Source: Escherichia coli (GTDB lineage: Bacteria; Pseudomonadota; Gammaproteobacteria; Enterobacterales; Enterobacteriaceae). From it: a stretch of DNA of 64,000 nt. This document shows positions 48,240-60,221 of this stretch, piece by piece. A model generated the notes under the pieces. That model saw only the letters and a program-made list of their open reading frames with translations. It was not told the origin of the DNA and ran no database searches. Position numbers and translations under genes: made by a program. The DNA is taken from NCBI RefSeq assembly GCF_009931435.1, contig NZ_CP043414.1; one strand, given 5' to 3'. Every line of letters starts with the position of its first letter. The stretch's first letter is position 1.

Positions 48240-49012
48240 TACTTGGTTGTAAATCCGTAGCGTTTAAAAATTTCCGCAGCCTGCGGTCCCTTCAGATAAT
48301 CATAAAATGCTTTTACTGTCGCATTGTTATGTCCTTCCACAACAGCAACCGGATATTCCACTTTTTTATGTGAATCTTCCGGGAAGGTGGCAACCACTTT
48401 TACCCCTTTGCTGGCAACTGCGTCAGAACCGTAAACAATGCCCAGCGGCGCTTCATTGCGTTCGACCAACGCCAGCGCGCCACGAACATCTTCCGCCGGA
48501 GCCAGTTTCGGGGAGAGCGTATCCCATGCGCCCAGTTTTTGCAGTGCTTCTTTTGCATAAATGCCAGCGGGAACATGTTCCGGATCACCAACCGCCAGGC
48601 GACCGCCATTCAGCAGCGAAGTCCAGTTGGTTTTGCTGTCAATGGAGAAATCTTTCTGCTCGCTGGCTTTCGGTGCTACAACAACCAGGCTATTACCGAG
48701 TAGAGTCTGACGCGAAGCTGTATCGATCGCTTTTTTATTAACTGCATAATCCATCCATTTCTGATCGGCAGAGATAAACAGATCCGCAGGCGCTCCCGCT
48801 TCAATCTGACGGGCGAGAGTAGATGACGAAGCGAAAGAAGAAACCACATCCACGTCTTTCTCTTTTTTATACTGCGTAGCAATGTCCTGCATTGCGTTAG
48901 TCAGTGATGCGGCGGCGAATACCGTGATTTTCCCTTCATCTGCCAGTGCATTGCCAGCAGCAGCGAAAGAGAGTGCCGCCCCGGCAAACAAGTTCAACCA
49001 TTTACGAGCCAT
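48239..49012 (-). CDS. modA: Molybdate-binding periplasmic protein ModA
   Basis: 257 aa with signal peptide; operon position. Confidence 0.95.
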   Translation of the reverse strand: MARKWLNLFAGAALSFAAAGNALADEGKITVFAAASLTNAMQDIATQYKKEKDVDVVSSFASSSTLARQIEAGAPADLFISADQKWMDYAVNKKAIDTASRQTLLGNSLVVVAPKASEQKDFSIDSKTNWTSLLNGGRLAVGDPEHVPAGIYAKEALQKLGAWDTLSPKLAPAEDVRGALALVERNEAPLGIVYGSDAVASKGVKVVATFPEDSHKKVEYPVAVVEGHNNATVKAFYDYLKGPQAAEIFKRYGFTTK

Positions 49013-49030
49013 TGGTAACCCCTTAATGTG

Positions 49031-49055
49031 ACGTTATGTAGGCGACAATATAACG
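49031..49055. promoter_or_regulatory. ModE operator at the modA promoter
   Basis: acgttatgtaggcgacaatataacg, an inverted repeat immediately upstream of modA. Confidence 0.7.
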
Positions 49056-49140
49056 GCAAGTTCAGAATTTTCCCAGCAGTTATTGCTAACCTTTGTGAGG
49101 TTGATGAAAAAAATATCGGCAGGAAAAGCAGGAAGTTGAG

Positions 49141-49169
49141 AAAAAGAAAATGCCCGACTAAGCGGGCAT
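49141..49169 (-). terminator. Rho-independent terminator downstream of acrZ
   Basis: Hairpin tgcccg-actaa-gcgggca; on the minus strand it is followed by attttctttttc. Confidence 0.6.
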
Positions 49170-49177
49170 TCAGAGAA

Positions 49178-49345
<168 letters not shown>

Positions 49346-49455
49346 TCATGAGACTATTCTAACCGCTAAGCACAGAAAAGCACTCCCCTTTTGTGCGGTC
49401 AGCTTTGCGTGGCGTTCGTTTTCCGTCACAATAAGACTTTTGCCAGGACATTGTT

Positions 49456-50244
49456 ATGCAGGCCGAAATCCTTCTCACCCTTAAGCTCCAACAAAAATTA
49501 TTCGCCGACCCGCGCCGCATTTCGTTACTAAAACACATTGCGCTTTCCGGTTCCATTAGCCAGGGAGCGAAAGATGCCGGTATCAGCTATAAAAGCGCCT
49601 GGGATGCCATTAACGAGATGAATCAGTTAAGTGAGCATATTCTGGTTGAGCGCGCAACAGGCGGTAAAGGTGGCGGCGGCGCAGTACTGACCCGCTATGG
49701 TCAGCGACTGATTCAGCTCTATGATTTACTGGCGCAAATCCAGCAAAAAGCCTTTGATGTGTTAAGTGACGATGACGCCTTGCCGCTGAACAGCCTGCTG
49801 GCCGCGATCTCACGTTTTTCACTGCAGACCAGTGCCCGTAACCAGTGGTTTGGCACCATCACCGCCCGCGATCATGATGACATTCAACAACATGTTGATG
49901 TCTTACTGGCCGATGGCAAAACACGCCTTAAAGTCGCGATTACCGCACAAAGTGGCGCACGTCTGGGACTGGATGAAGGCAAAGAAGTGTTGATTCTGCT
50001 GAAAGCGCCGTGGGTGAACATTACTCAGGATGACACTGTCGCCCAGGGTGCCGACAACCAATTGCCGGGCATTATTCGTCATATAGAGCGCGGTGCAGAA
50101 CAGTGCGAAGTATTAATGGCGTTACCTGACGGGCAAACTCTGTGCGCCACGGTGCCGATAAATGAAGCAGCTTCTCTTGAACAAGGGCAGAATGCCACGG
50201 CTTACTTTAACGCCGACAGCGTGATTATCGCTACGCTTTGCTAA
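49456..50244 (+). CDS. modE: Molybdate-responsive transcriptional regulator ModE
   Basis: 262-aa ORF, divergent from modABC. Confidence 0.95.
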   Translation: MQAEILLTLKLQQKLFADPRRISLLKHIALSGSISQGAKDAGISYKSAWDAINEMNQLSEHILVERATGGKGGGGAVLTRYGQRLIQLYDLLAQIQQKAFDVLSDDDALPLNSLLAAISRFSLQTSARNQWFGTITARDHDDIQQHVDVLLADGKTRLKVAITAQSGARLGLDEGKEVLILLKAPWVNITQDDTVAQGADNQLPGIIRHIERGAEQCEVLMALPDGQTLCATVPINEAASLEQGQNATAYFNADSVIIATLC

Positions 50245-50311
50245 GCGTGTTGACAATTTGTTATGAAACACGTATCCCTGTCAGTAATCGCTGCAAAAAA
50301 TGGGATATAAA

Positions 50312-51784
50312 ATGTCATCGTTGCAAATTTTGCAAGGCACGTTTCGTCTTAGCGACACAAAAACGCTGCAATTGTCTCAGCTAACGTTAAACGCGGGTGA
50401 TAGTTGGGCGTTTGTCGGTTCGAATGGAAGCGGGAAGTCGGCGCTGGCCCGCGCGCTGGCGGGGGAACTTCCGTTTTTGAAAGGTGAACGACAAAGTCAG
50501 TTTTCCCACATCACTCGTCTCTCCTTCGAGCAATTGCAAAAGCTCGTCAGCGACGAATGGCAACGGAATAACACCGATATGCTCGGCCCTGGCGAAGATG
50601 ACACCGGACGCACTACGGCTGAAATCATTCAGGATGAAATTAAGGATGCACAGCGTTGTGCGCAGTTGGCGCAGCAGTTCGGCATTACCGCCCTTCTCGA
50701 CCGACGCTTTAAATACCTTTCCACTGGCGAGACGCGAAAAACCCTGCTGTGTCAGGCGCTGATGTCGGAGCCAGACTTGTTGATTCTTGATGAGCCGTTC
50801 GATGGCCTGGATGTTGCCTCACGTCAGCAGCTGGCTGAGCGACTCGCCTCGTTACATCAGTCCGGTATTACCCTGGTACTGGTGCTCAATCGCTTCGATG
50901 AGATCCCGGAATTTGTCCAGTTTGCTGGCGTGCTGGCGGATTGCACGTTAGCGGAAACTGGTGCTAAAGAGGAACTGCTGCAACAGGCACTTGTCGCGCA
51001 ACTGGCGCATAGCGAGCGGCTAGAAGGTGTACAACTGCCGGAGCCGGATGTACCTTCAGCACGTCACGCCTTACCCGCCAACGAACCGCGCATTGTGCTG
51101 AACAATGGCGTGGTTTCTTATAACGATCGCCCCATTCTTAATAACCTTAGCTGGCAGGTGAATCCAGGCGAACACTGGCAAATTGTCGGGCCAAATGGCG
51201 CGGGAAAATCGACGCTATTAAGCCTGATTACAGGCGATCATCCGCAAGGTTACAGCAACGATTTAACACTTTTCGGCCGACGTCGCGGCAGCGGCGAAAC
51301 CATCTGGGACATCAAAAAGCATATCGGTTACGTCAGCAGTAGTTTGCATCTGGATTACCGGGTCAGCACTACCGTGCGTAATGTGATCCTTTCTGGCTAT
51401 TTTGATTCGATTGGCATTTATCAGGCCGTTTCAGATCGCCAGCAAAAACTGGTGCAGCAGTGGCTGGATATTCTCGGCATTGATAAACGCACGGCTGACG
51501 CGCCTTACCATAGTCTTTCCTGGGGACAGCAACGTCTGGCGCTGATCGTCCGCGCGCTGGTGAAACATCCGACGTTGCTTATTCTCGATGAACCACTACA
51601 GGGGCTTGATCCGCTCAATCGCCAGCTTATCCGCCGGTTTGTTGATGTGCTGATTAGCGAAGGTGAAACGCAATTGTTGTTTGTTTCGCACCACGCCGAA
51701 GATGCGCCTGCCTGTATTACCCATCGTCTTGAGTTCGTGCCGGACGGTGAACTCTATCGCTATGTGCTGACAAAAATAAACTGA
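50312..51784 (+). CDS. modF: ABC-type ATPase ModF (two ABC domains)
   Basis: 490 aa from MSSLQILQGTFRL; two Walker A motifs (GSNGSGKS, GPNGAGKST). Confidence 0.9.
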   Translation: MSSLQILQGTFRLSDTKTLQLSQLTLNAGDSWAFVGSNGSGKSALARALAGELPFLKGERQSQFSHITRLSFEQLQKLVSDEWQRNNTDMLGPGEDDTGRTTAEIIQDEIKDAQRCAQLAQQFGITALLDRRFKYLSTGETRKTLLCQALMSEPDLLILDEPFDGLDVASRQQLAERLASLHQSGITLVLVLNRFDEIPEFVQFAGVLADCTLAETGAKEELLQQALVAQLAHSERLEGVQLPEPDVPSARHALPANEPRIVLNNGVVSYNDRPILNNLSWQVNPGEHWQIVGPNGAGKSTLLSLITGDHPQGYSNDLTLFGRRRGSGETIWDIKKHIGYVSSSLHLDYRVSTTVRNVILSGYFDSIGIYQAVSDRQQKLVQQWLDILGIDKRTADAPYHSLSWGQQRLALIVRALVKHPTLLILDEPLQGLDPLNRQLIRRFVDVLISEGETQLLFVSHHAEDAPACITHRLEFVPDGELYRYVLTKIN

Positions 51785-51802
51785 GTCGGTAATGCTGACT
51801 GT

Positions 51803-51850
51803 ACCGGAGGCGGCCTAAGCGCCCTCTCCGGCCTACAGTTCGACGCATCC
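51803..51850. repeat. REP-like palindromic element after modF
   Basis: ccggaggcggcctaagcgccctctccggcctacagttcgacgcatcc. Confidence 0.5.
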
Positions 51851-51952
51851 AGGCATGAAACCGCGTCTTTTTTTTCAGATAAAAAGCGCAATCATTCATA
51901 AAGCCGCTGTTTTATAATCACTTAATCGCGCATAAAAAACGGCTAAATTCTT

Positions 51953-51995
51953 GTGTAAACGATTCCACTAATTTATTCCATGTCACACTTTTCGC
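51953..51995 (+). promoter_or_regulatory. gal promoter region: external operator galOE and CRP site / P1-P2 core
   Basis: gtgtaaacgattccac (galOE) followed by tttattccatgtcacacttttcgcatctttgttatgctatggttatttcatacc. The internal operator gtggtagcggttacat lies at about 52066-52081 inside galE. Confidence 0.85.
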
Positions 51996-52046
51996 ATCTT
52001 TGTTATGCTATGGTTATTTCATACCATAAGCCTAATGGAGCGAATT

Positions 52047-53063
52047 ATGAGAGTTCTGGTTACCGGTGGTAGCGGTTACATTGGAAGTCATACCTGTGTG
52101 CAATTACTGCAAAACGGTCATGATGTCATCATTCTTGATAACCTCTGTAACAGTAAGCGCAGCGTACTGCCTGTTATCGAGCGTTTAGGCGGCAAACATC
52201 CAACGTTTGTTGAAGGCGATATCCGTAACGAAGCGTTGATGACCGAGATCCTGCACGATCACGCTATCGACACCGTGATCCACTTCGCCGGGCTAAAAGC
52301 CGTTGGCGAATCGGTACAAAAACCGCTGGAATATTACGACAACAATGTCAACGGCACCCTGCGCCTGATTAGCGCCATGCGCGCCGCTAACGTCAAAAAC
52401 TTTATTTTTAGCTCCTCCGCCACCGTTTATGGCGATCAGCCCAAAATTCCATATGTTGAAAGCTTCCCGACCGGCACACCGCAAAGCCCTTACGGCAAAA
52501 GCAAGCTGATGGTGGAACAGATCCTCACCGATCTGCAAAAAGCCCAGCCGGACTGGAGCATTGCCCTGCTGCGCTATTTCAACCCGGTTGGCGCGCATCC
52601 GTCGGGCGATATGGGCGAAGATCCGCAAGGTATTCCGAATAACCTGATGCCATACATCGCCCAGGTTGCTGTAGGCCGTCGCGACTCGCTGGCGATTTTT
52701 GGTAACGATTATCCGACCGAAGACGGTACTGGCGTGCGCGATTACATCCACGTAATGGATCTGGCGGACGGTCACGTCGTGGCGATGGAAAAACTGGCGA
52801 ACAAGCCAGGCGTACACATCTACAACCTCGGCGCTGGCGTGGGCAGCAGCGTGCTGGACGTGGTTAATGCCTTCAGCAAAGCCTGCGGCAAACCGGTTAA
52901 TTATCATTTTGCACCGCGTCGCGAGGGCGACCTTCCGGCCTACTGGGCGGACGCCAGCAAAGCCGACCGTGAACTGAACTGGCGCGTAACGCGCACACTC
53001 GATGAAATGGCGCAGGACACCTGGCACTGGCAGTCACGCCATCCACAGGGATATCCCGATTAA
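52047..53063 (+). CDS. galE: UDP-glucose 4-epimerase GalE
   Basis: 338 aa from MRVLVTGGSGYIGSH (Rossmann motif). The track ORF is extended upstream. Confidence 0.95.
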   Translation: MRVLVTGGSGYIGSHTCVQLLQNGHDVIILDNLCNSKRSVLPVIERLGGKHPTFVEGDIRNEALMTEILHDHAIDTVIHFAGLKAVGESVQKPLEYYDNNVNGTLRLISAMRAANVKNFIFSSSATVYGDQPKIPYVESFPTGTPQSPYGKSKLMVEQILTDLQKAQPDWSIALLRYFNPVGAHPSGDMGEDPQGIPNNLMPYIAQVAVGRRDSLAIFGNDYPTEDGTGVRDYIHVMDLADGHVVAMEKLANKPGVHIYNLGAGVGSSVLDVVNAFSKACGKPVNYHFAPRREGDLPAYWADASKADRELNWRVTRTLDEMAQDTWHWQSRHPQGYPD

Positions 53064-53072
53064 GGAACGACC

Positions 53073-54119
53073 ATGACGCAATTTAATCCCGTTGATCATC
53101 CACATCGCCGCTACAACCCGCTCACCGGGCAATGGATTCTGGTTTCACCGCACCGCGCTAAGCGCCCCTGGCAGGGGGCGCAGGAAACGCCAGCCAAACA
53201 GGTGTTACCTGCGCACGATCCAGATTGCTTCCTCTGCGCAGGTAATGTGCGGGTGACAGGCGATAAAAACCCCGATTACACCGGGACTTACGTTTTCACT
53301 AATGACTTTGCGGCCTTGATGTCTGACACGCCAGATGCGCCAGAAAGCAACGATCCTTTGATGCGTTGTCAGAGCGCGCGCGGTACCAGCCGGGTGATCT
53401 GCTTTTCACCGGATCACAGTAAAACGCTGCCAGAACTGAGCGTTGCGGCATTGACGGAAATCGTCAAAACCTGGCAGGAGCAAACCGCAGAACTGGGGAA
53501 AACATACCCGTGGGTGCAGGTCTTTGAAAACAAAGGCGCGGCGATGGGCTGCTCTAACCCGCATCCGCACGGACAGATTTGGGCAAATAGCTTCCTGCCT
53601 AACGAAGCTGAGCGCGAAGACCGCCTGCAAAAAGAATATTTCGCCGGGCAGAAATCACCAATGCTGGTGGATTATGTTCAGCGCGAGCTGGCAGACGGTA
53701 GCCGTACCGTTGTCGAAACCGAACACTGGTTAGCCGTTGTGCCTTACTGGGCTGCCTGGCCGTTCGAAACGCTACTGCTGCCCAAAGCCCACGTTTTGCG
53801 GATCACCGATTTGACCGACGCCCAGCGCAGCGATTTGGCGCTGGCGTTGAAAAAGCTGACCAGTCGTTATGACAACCTCTTCCAGTGCTCCTTCCCCTAC
53901 TCTATGGGCTGGCACGGCGCGCCATTTAATGGCGAAGAGAATCAACACTGGCAGCTGCACGCGCACTTTTATCCGCCTCTGTTACGCTCCGCCACCGTAC
54001 GTAAATTTATGGTTGGTTATGAAATGCTGGCAGAGACCCAGCGAGACCTGACCGCAGAACAGGCAGCAGAGCGTTTGCGCGCAGTCAGCGATATCCATTT
54101 TCGCGAATCCGGAGTGTAA
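53073..54119 (+). CDS. galT: Galactose-1-phosphate uridylyltransferase GalT
   Basis: 348 aa with the HPH active-site motif (CSNPHPHGQ). Confidence 0.95.
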   Translation: MTQFNPVDHPHRRYNPLTGQWILVSPHRAKRPWQGAQETPAKQVLPAHDPDCFLCAGNVRVTGDKNPDYTGTYVFTNDFAALMSDTPDAPESNDPLMRCQSARGTSRVICFSPDHSKTLPELSVAALTEIVKTWQEQTAELGKTYPWVQVFENKGAAMGCSNPHPHGQIWANSFLPNEAEREDRLQKEYFAGQKSPMLVDYVQRELADGSRTVVETEHWLAVVPYWAAWPFETLLLPKAHVLRITDLTDAQRSDLALALKKLTSRYDNLFQCSFPYSMGWHGAPFNGEENQHWQLHAHFYPPLLRSATVRKFMVGYEMLAETQRDLTAEQAAERLRAVSDIHFRESGV

Positions 54120-54122
54120 GAA

Positions 54123-55271
54123 ATGAGTCTGAAAGAAAAAACACAATCTCTGTTTGCCAACGCATTTGGCTACCCTGCCACTCACACCATTCAGGCGCCT
54201 GGCCGCGTGAATTTGATTGGTGAACACACCGACTACAACGACGGTTTCGTTCTGCCCTGCGCGATTGATTATCAAACCGTGATCAGTTGTGCACCACGCG
54301 ATGACCGTAAAGTTCGCGTGATGGCAGCCGATTATGAAAATCAGCTTGACGAGTTTTCCCTTGATGCGCCTATTGTCGCACATGAAAACTATCAATGGGC
54401 TAACTACGTCCGTGGCGTAGTGAAACATCTGCAACTGCGTAACAACAACTTTGGCGGTGTGGACATGGTGATCAGCGGCAATGTGCCGCAGGGTGCAGGG
54501 TTAAGTTCTTCCGCTTCACTGGAAGTCGCGGTCGGAACCGTATTGCAGCAACTTTATCATCTGCCGCTGGACGGCGCACAAATCGCACTTAACGGCCAGG
54601 AAGCAGAAAACCAGTTTGTTGGCTGTAACTGTGGGATCATGGATCAGCTGATTTCCGCGCTCGGCAAAAAAGATCATGCCTTGCTGATCGATTGCCGCTC
54701 ACTGGGCACCAAAGCGGTTTCCATGCCGAAAGGTGTGGCTGTCGTCATCATCAACAGTAACTTCAAACGTACCCTGGTTGGCAGCGAATACAACACCCGT
54801 CGTGAACAGTGCGAAACCGGCGCGCGTTTCTTCCAGCAGCCAGCCCTGCGCGATGTCACTATTGAGGAGTTCAACGCTGTTGCACATGAACTGGACCCGA
54901 TCGTGGCGAAACGCGTGCGTCATATCCTGACTGAAAACGCCCGTACCGTTGAAGCAGCCAGCGCACTGGAGCAAGGCGACCTGAAACGTATGGGCGAGTT
55001 GATGGCGGAGTCTCATGCTTCTATGCGCGATGATTTCGAAATCACCGTGCCGCAAATTGACACTCTGGTAGAAATCGTCAAAGCTGTGATTGGCGACAAA
55101 GGTGGCGTACGCATGACTGGCGGCGGATTTGGCGGCTGTATCGTCGCACTGATCCCGGAAGAGCTGGTGCCTGCCGTACAGCAGGCTGTCGCTGAACAAT
55201 ATGAAGCAAAAACAGGTATTAAAGAGACTTTTTACGTTTGTAAACCATCACAAGGAGCAGGACAGTGCTGA
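54123..55271 (+). CDS. galK: Galactokinase GalK
   Basis: 382 aa; GHMP kinase motif ([12 protein letters not shown]). Confidence 0.95.
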   Translation: MSLKEKTQSLFANAFGYPATHTIQAPGRVNLIGEHTDYNDGFVLPCAIDYQTVISCAPRDDRKVRVMAADYENQLDEFSLDAPIVAHENYQWANYVRGVVKHLQLRNNNFGGVDMVISGNVPQGAGLSSSASLEVAVGTVLQQLYHLPLDGAQIALNGQEAENQFVGCNCGIMDQLISALGKKDHALLIDCRSLGTKAVSMPKGVAVVIINSNFKRTLVGSEYNTRREQCETGARFFQQPALRDVTIEEFNAVAHELDPIVAKRVRHILTENARTVEAASALEQGDLKRMGELMAESHASMRDDFEITVPQIDTLVEIVKAVIGDKGGVRMTGGGFGGCIVALIPEELVPAVQQAVAEQYEAKTGIKETFYVCKPSQGAGQC

Positions 55272-56305
55272 ACGAAACTCCCGCACTGGCACCCGATGGT
55301 CAGCCGTACCGACTGTTAACTTTGCGGAACAACGCAGGGATGGTAGTCACGCTGATGGACTGGGGTGCGACTTTACTTTCCGCCCGTATTCCGCTTTCCG
55401 ATGGCAGCGTCCGCGAGGCGCTGCTTGGCTGCGCCAGCCCGGAATGCTATCAGGATCAGGCCGCGTTTCTGGGGGCCTCTATTGGTCGTTATGCCAACCG
55501 CATCGCCAATAGCCGTTATACCTTTGACGGTGAAACCGTGACGCTTTCGCCAAGTCAGGGCGTTAACCAGCTGCACGGCGGCCCGGAAGGGTTCGACAAA
55601 CGTCGCTGGCAGATTGTAAATCAGAACGATCGTCAGGTGCTATTTGCCCTGAGTTCAGAAGACGGCGATCAAGGCTTTCCGGGGAATCTCGGCGCGACAG
55701 TGCAGTATCGTCTGACCGACGATAACCGTATCTCCATTACTTATCGCGCCACAGTTGATAAACCTTGCCCGGTGAATATGACTAATCACGTCTATTTCAA
55801 CCTCGACGGCGAGCAGTCTGACGTGCGCAATCACAAGTTGCAGATTCTGGCGGACGAATATCTGCCGGTTGATGAAGCCGGTATTCCGCACGACGGTCTG
55901 AAATCTGTCGCCGGAACATCTTTTGATTTCCGCAGCGCCAAAATCATCGCCAGTGAGTTTCTTGCCGACGACGAACAGCGCAAAGTGAAAGGTTACGATC
56001 ATGCGTTCTTGTTACAGGCCAAAGGCGATGGCAAGAAAGTGGCGGCGCATGTCTGGTCAGCAGATGAAAAATTGCAGCTGAAGGTCTACACCACCGCTCC
56101 GGCTCTGCAATTCTACTCCGGCAACTTCCTCGGCGGCACACCGTCGCGGGGAACCGAACCTTACGCCGACTGGCAAGGGCTGGCGTTGGAAAGCGAGTTT
56201 CTGCCGGACAGCCCGAACCACCCTGAATGGCCGCAACCGGACTGTTTCCTGCGTCCTGGCGAAGAGTATTCCAGCCTGACGGAATATCAGTTTATTGCTG
56301 AGTAA
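55265..56305 (+). CDS. galM: Galactose mutarotase (aldose 1-epimerase) GalM
   Basis: 346-aa ORF; operon position. Confidence 0.95.
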   Translation: MLNETPALAPDGQPYRLLTLRNNAGMVVTLMDWGATLLSARIPLSDGSVREALLGCASPECYQDQAAFLGASIGRYANRIANSRYTFDGETVTLSPSQGVNQLHGGPEGFDKRRWQIVNQNDRQVLFALSSEDGDQGFPGNLGATVQYRLTDDNRISITYRATVDKPCPVNMTNHVYFNLDGEQSDVRNHKLQILADEYLPVDEAGIPHDGLKSVAGTSFDFRSAKIIASEFLADDEQRKVKGYDHAFLLQAKGDGKKVAAHVWSADEKLQLKVYTTAPALQFYSGNFLGGTPSRGTEPYADWQGLALESEFLPDSPNHPEWPQPDCFLRPGEEYSSLTEYQFIAE

Positions 56306-56309
56306 TGTT

Positions 56310-56330
56310 AAGCCCTCGTCATGAGGGCTT
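56310..56330 (+). terminator. Hairpin after galM (weak U-tract)
   Basis: aagccctc-gtcat-gagggctt followed by tatcctc. Confidence 0.4.
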
Positions 56331-56507
56331 TATCCTCATATTGTTCAAATCACCAGCAAACACCGACATATTTGCAACTCAATATTCACAACAACCTTAC
56401 ACTGCGACACTATTTTCGCTATGGTTATGCGTAAGCATTGCTGTTGCTTCGTCACGGCAATATAATGAGAATTATTATCATTAAAAGATGATTTGAGGAG
56501 TAAGTAT

Positions 56508-57260
56508 ATGGCTGTAACTAAGCTGGTTCTGGTTCGTCATGGCGAAAGTCAGTGGAACAAAGAAAACCGTTTCACCGGTTGGTACGACGTGGATCTGTCT
56601 GAGAAAGGCGTAAGCGAAGCAAAAGCAGCTGGTAAGCTGCTGAAAGAGGAAGGTTACAGCTTTGATTTTGCTTACACCTCTGTGCTGAAACGCGCTATCC
56701 ATACCCTGTGGAATGTGCTGGACGAACTGGATCAGGCATGGCTGCCCGTTGAGAAATCCTGGAAACTGAACGAACGTCACTACGGTGCGTTGCAGGGTCT
56801 GAACAAAGCGGAAACTGCTGAAAAGTATGGCGACGAGCAGGTGAAACAGTGGCGTCGTGGTTTTGCGGTAACTCCGCCGGAACTGACTAAAGATGATGAG
56901 CGTTATCCGGGCCACGATCCACGTTACGCGAAGCTGAGCGAGAAAGAGCTGCCACTGACGGAAAGCCTGGCGCTGACCATTGACCGCGTGATCCCTTACT
57001 GGAATGAAACTATTCTGCCGCGAATGAAGAGCGGTGAGCGCGTGATCATCGCCGCACACGGTAACTCGTTACGTGCGCTGGTGAAATATCTCGATAATAT
57101 GAGCGAAGAAGAGATTCTTGAGCTGAATATCCCGACTGGCGTGCCACTGGTTTATGAATTCGACGAGAATTTCAAACCGCTGAAACGCTATTATCTGGGT
57201 AATGCTGACGAGATCGCGGCGAAAGCAGCGGCCGTTGCTAACCAGGGTAAAGCGAAGTAA
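56508..57260 (+). CDS. gpmA: 2,3-bisphosphoglycerate-dependent phosphoglycerate mutase GpmA
   Basis: 250 aa from [17 protein letters not shown] (RHGE catalytic motif). Confidence 0.95.
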
Positions 57261-57283
57261 ACGTCATTCGCTTAAAAATGAGA

Positions 57284-57313
57284 AAGCCGACTGCAAGTGA
57301 GTCGGCTTTTTTG
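57284..57313 (+). terminator. Rho-independent terminator after gpmA
   Basis: agccgac-tgcaagtga-gtcggct followed by tttttt. Confidence 0.7.
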
Positions 57314-57334
57314 TTGCTAACAATGGAGCACATT

Positions 57335-57370
57335 GCCTGATGCGACGCTGCGCGTCTTATCAGGCCTACG
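57335..57370. repeat. REP element between gpmA and aroG
   Basis: gcctgatgcgacgctgcgcgtcttatcaggcctacg. Confidence 0.6.
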
Positions 57371-57417
57371 GTGATTCATCGGATAACCACTGTGACGGCG
57401 CATCCGACAATTAAACT

Positions 57418-58470
57418 TTACCCGCGACGCGCTTTTACTGCATTCGCCAGTTGACGTAACAGAGCATCGGTATCTTCCCAGCCAATGCAGGCATCGGTGA
57501 TGCTCTTGCCATAGGCCAGCGGTTCCCCACTCTCGAGGCTCTGATTGCCTTCCACCAGATGGCTTTCCACCATCACGCCAATAATGGCCTTTTCGCCACC
57601 GGCAATCTGCTGGCAAACGTCAGCACAAACATCCATCTGCTTTTTGAATTGTTTCGACGAGTTAGCATGGCTGAAATCGATCATCACCTGTGCTGGCAGG
57701 CCTGCTTTGTTCAGCCCTTCTTTCACTTCAGCAACGTGCTTCGCGCTGTAGTTAGGCTCTTTACCACCGCGCAGAATGATATGGCAATCGCCGTTACCGC
57801 TGGTATTCACAATCGCCGAATGCCCCCATTTCGTTACGGACAGGAAGCAGTGCGGCGCACCGGCGGCATTAATGGCATCGATAGCCACTTTAATCGTACC
57901 GTCGGTGCCATTTTTGAAGCCGACCGGACAAGAAAGACCAGACGCCAGTTCGCGGTGCACCTGCGATTCCGTAGTACGTGCGCCAATTGCCCCCCAACTC
58001 ATCAGGTCCGCGAGATATTGTGGGGTGATCATATCGAGAAATTCACCCGCTGCTGGCAAACCGCTGTCGTTAATATCAAGCAGCAATTTACGGGCAATAC
58101 GCAGACCGTCGTTGATCTGGAAGCTGTTATCCATATGCGGATCGTTAATCAGCCCTTTCCAGCCCACCGTGGTACGCGGCTTTTCAAAATAGACGCGCAT
58201 CACGATTTCCAGCTCATCTTGCAGCTCTTCACGCAGCGCCAGCAAGCGAGTGGCATACTCTTTAGCCGCGACGGGATCATGAATAGAACACGGACCAATC
58301 ACCACCAACAGGCGATCATCATTACCTTTCAGGATCTTATGGATCGCTTTTCGGGCATGGGCAACCGTATTCGCGGCATTTTCAGTAGCAGGGAATTTTT
58401 CCAGCAATGCGACAGGAGGAAGTAACTCTTTGATTTCTTTGATTCGTAAATCGTCGTTCTGATAATTCAT
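57418..58470 (-). CDS. aroG: Phe-sensitive DAHP synthase AroG
   Basis: 350 aa starting MNYQNDDLRIKEIKELLPP. Confidence 0.95.
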   Translation of the reverse strand: MNYQNDDLRIKEIKELLPPVALLEKFPATENAANTVAHARKAIHKILKGNDDRLLVVIGPCSIHDPVAAKEYATRLLALREELQDELEIVMRVYFEKPRTTVGWKGLINDPHMDNSFQINDGLRIARKLLLDINDSGLPAAGEFLDMITPQYLADLMSWGAIGARTTESQVHRELASGLSCPVGFKNGTDGTIKVAIDAINAAGAPHCFLSVTKWGHSAIVNTSGNGDCHIILRGGKEPNYSAKHVAEVKEGLNKAGLPAQVMIDFSHANSSKQFKKQMDVCADVCQQIAGGEKAIIGVMVESHLVEGNQSLESGEPLAYGKSITDACIGWEDTDALLRQLANAVKARRG

Positions 58471-58785
58471 GTCTGTTCCAGTGTTGCCATACTTATCTTA
58501 GTGAATGCAATACTTCCAATCTATATCTTCCGTCAGAATGTGTAAACGGGGTTTTACACTATGAACGGATTAATCCTGGAATTAGCAAGAAAAACGCCAG
58601 ATTGTCGCGAAAAACGAGATCTCTCCTACAATTTCTAACTGTAACTCCTTTGTTTGTTAATTATTTCAAGATTCTCTGCTGGGTATCTTTGCCTGGCTGA
58701 AATCTTAAACCATTGCCTTATATTCACCTGCAAATGCACTGTTGGAAGAGGTTATCCGACATAACGACCATAACAGGAGCATCCT

Positions 58786-59109
58786 ATGAAAATGACAAAA
58801 CTGGCCACACTATTTTTGACTGCCACTCTAAGCCTTGCCAGCGGTGCCGCACTGGCTGCCGATAGCGGAGCGCAAAGCAATAACGGCCAAGCAAACGCCG
58901 CAGCTGATGCGGGCCAGGTAGCCCCTGATGCCCGTGAAAATGTCGCGCCAAATAACGTCGACAATAACGGGGTAAATACCGGTTCTGGCGGCACAATGCT
59001 GCATCCGGATGGTTCTTCAATGAACAATGACGGCATGACCAAAGATGAAGAGCACAAGAACACCATGTGCAAAGATGGTCGCTGCCCGGATATCAATAAA
59101 AAAGTCTAA
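58786..59109 (+). CDS. ybgS: Secreted Gly/Asn-rich protein YbgS, apparently shortened (107 codons, with 18 further in-frame codons after the TAA)
   Basis: Signal peptide [24 protein letters not shown]. After the stop at 59107-59109 the frame continues TGDGINNDVDTKTDGTTQ to a second stop at about 59164-59166; I remember K-12 YbgS as 126 aa. Confidence 0.7.
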   Translation: MKMTKLATLFLTATLSLASGAALAADSGAQSNNGQANAAADAGQVAPDARENVAPNNVDNNGVNTGSGGTMLHPDGSSMNNDGMTKDEEHKNTMCKDGRCPDINKKV

Positions 59110-59279
59110 ACCGGTGATGGCATCAACAATGATGTCGATACCAAAACCGACGGTACCACGCAGTAAGCCTGCGAAATAGCCAATAATGGGAGAGCGGAGT
59201 CTCTCCCTTTTAATTTTTCCCTTCTAAAAGCAGTATGATGTCATAAAGTTAAGTGAGAATAATTAAGGGATGACTCGTC

Positions 59280-60221
59280 ATGGCGCACTCACACTCACAC
59301 ACTTCCTCACACCTGCCAGAAGATAATAATGCTCGTCGCTTGTTGTATGCTTTCGGCGTGACTGCCGGGTTTATGCTCGTAGAAGTCATTGGTGGTTTTC
59401 TTTCCGGTTCTCTGGCATTGCTGGCCGATGCGGGTCATATGTTGACCGATACTGCCGCCCTGCTTTTCGCCCTACTCGCAGTGCAATTCTCCCGTCGTCC
59501 TCCCACCATTCGCCACACTTTCGGTTGGCTAAGATTGACCACGCTCGCGGCGTTTGTGAATGCCATCGCCCTGGTGGTGATTACTATTTTGATTGTCTGG
59601 GAGGCGATAGAACGCTTCCGCACGCCGCGTCCGGTCGAGGGCGACATGATGATGGCAATTGCCGTGGCTGGGCTACTGGCAAATATACTTTCTTTCTGGT
59701 TACTTCATCACGGCAGCGAAGAGAAAAACCTCAACGTGCGCGCAGCGGCACTGCATGTCCTCGGGGACCTTCTGGGTTCGGTTGGAGCTATTATTGCCGC
59801 GTTGATTATTATCTGGACCGGCTGGACACCTGCTGACCCCATTCTCTCAATACTGGTGTCGCTTCTGGTTCTGCGTAGCGCGTGGCGACTGTTGAAAGAT
59901 AGCGTGAATGAATTACTTGAAGGTGCACCGGTATCGCTGGATATCGCCGAACTGAAGCGTCGTATGTGCCGGGAAATCCCGGAAGTCCGCAATGTGCACC
60001 ATGTGCATGTTTGGATGGTGGGTGAAAAGCCAGTGATGACACTGCATGTACAGGTGATCCCGCCACACGATCACGACGCGTTGTTGGATCAGATCCAACA
60101 TTATCTGATGGATCACTATCAGATTGCACACGCCACCATCCAGATGGAATATCAACCTTGTCATGGGCCAGACTGCCACCTGAATGAAGGGGTGTCTGGC
60201 CATTCACATCATCATCATTAA
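59280..60221 (+). CDS. zitB: Zinc efflux transporter ZitB (cation diffusion facilitator)
   Basis: 313 aa with His-rich N- and C-termini and CDF membrane domain. Confidence 0.9.
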   Translation: MAHSHSHTSSHLPEDNNARRLLYAFGVTAGFMLVEVIGGFLSGSLALLADAGHMLTDTAALLFALLAVQFSRRPPTIRHTFGWLRLTTLAAFVNAIALVVITILIVWEAIERFRTPRPVEGDMMMAIAVAGLLANILSFWLLHHGSEEKNLNVRAAALHVLGDLLGSVGAIIAALIIIWTGWTPADPILSILVSLLVLRSAWRLLKDSVNELLEGAPVSLDIAELKRRMCREIPEVRNVHHVHVWMVGEKPVMTLHVQVIPPHDHDALLDQIQHYLMDHYQIAHATIQMEYQPCHGPDCHLNEGVSGHSHHHH

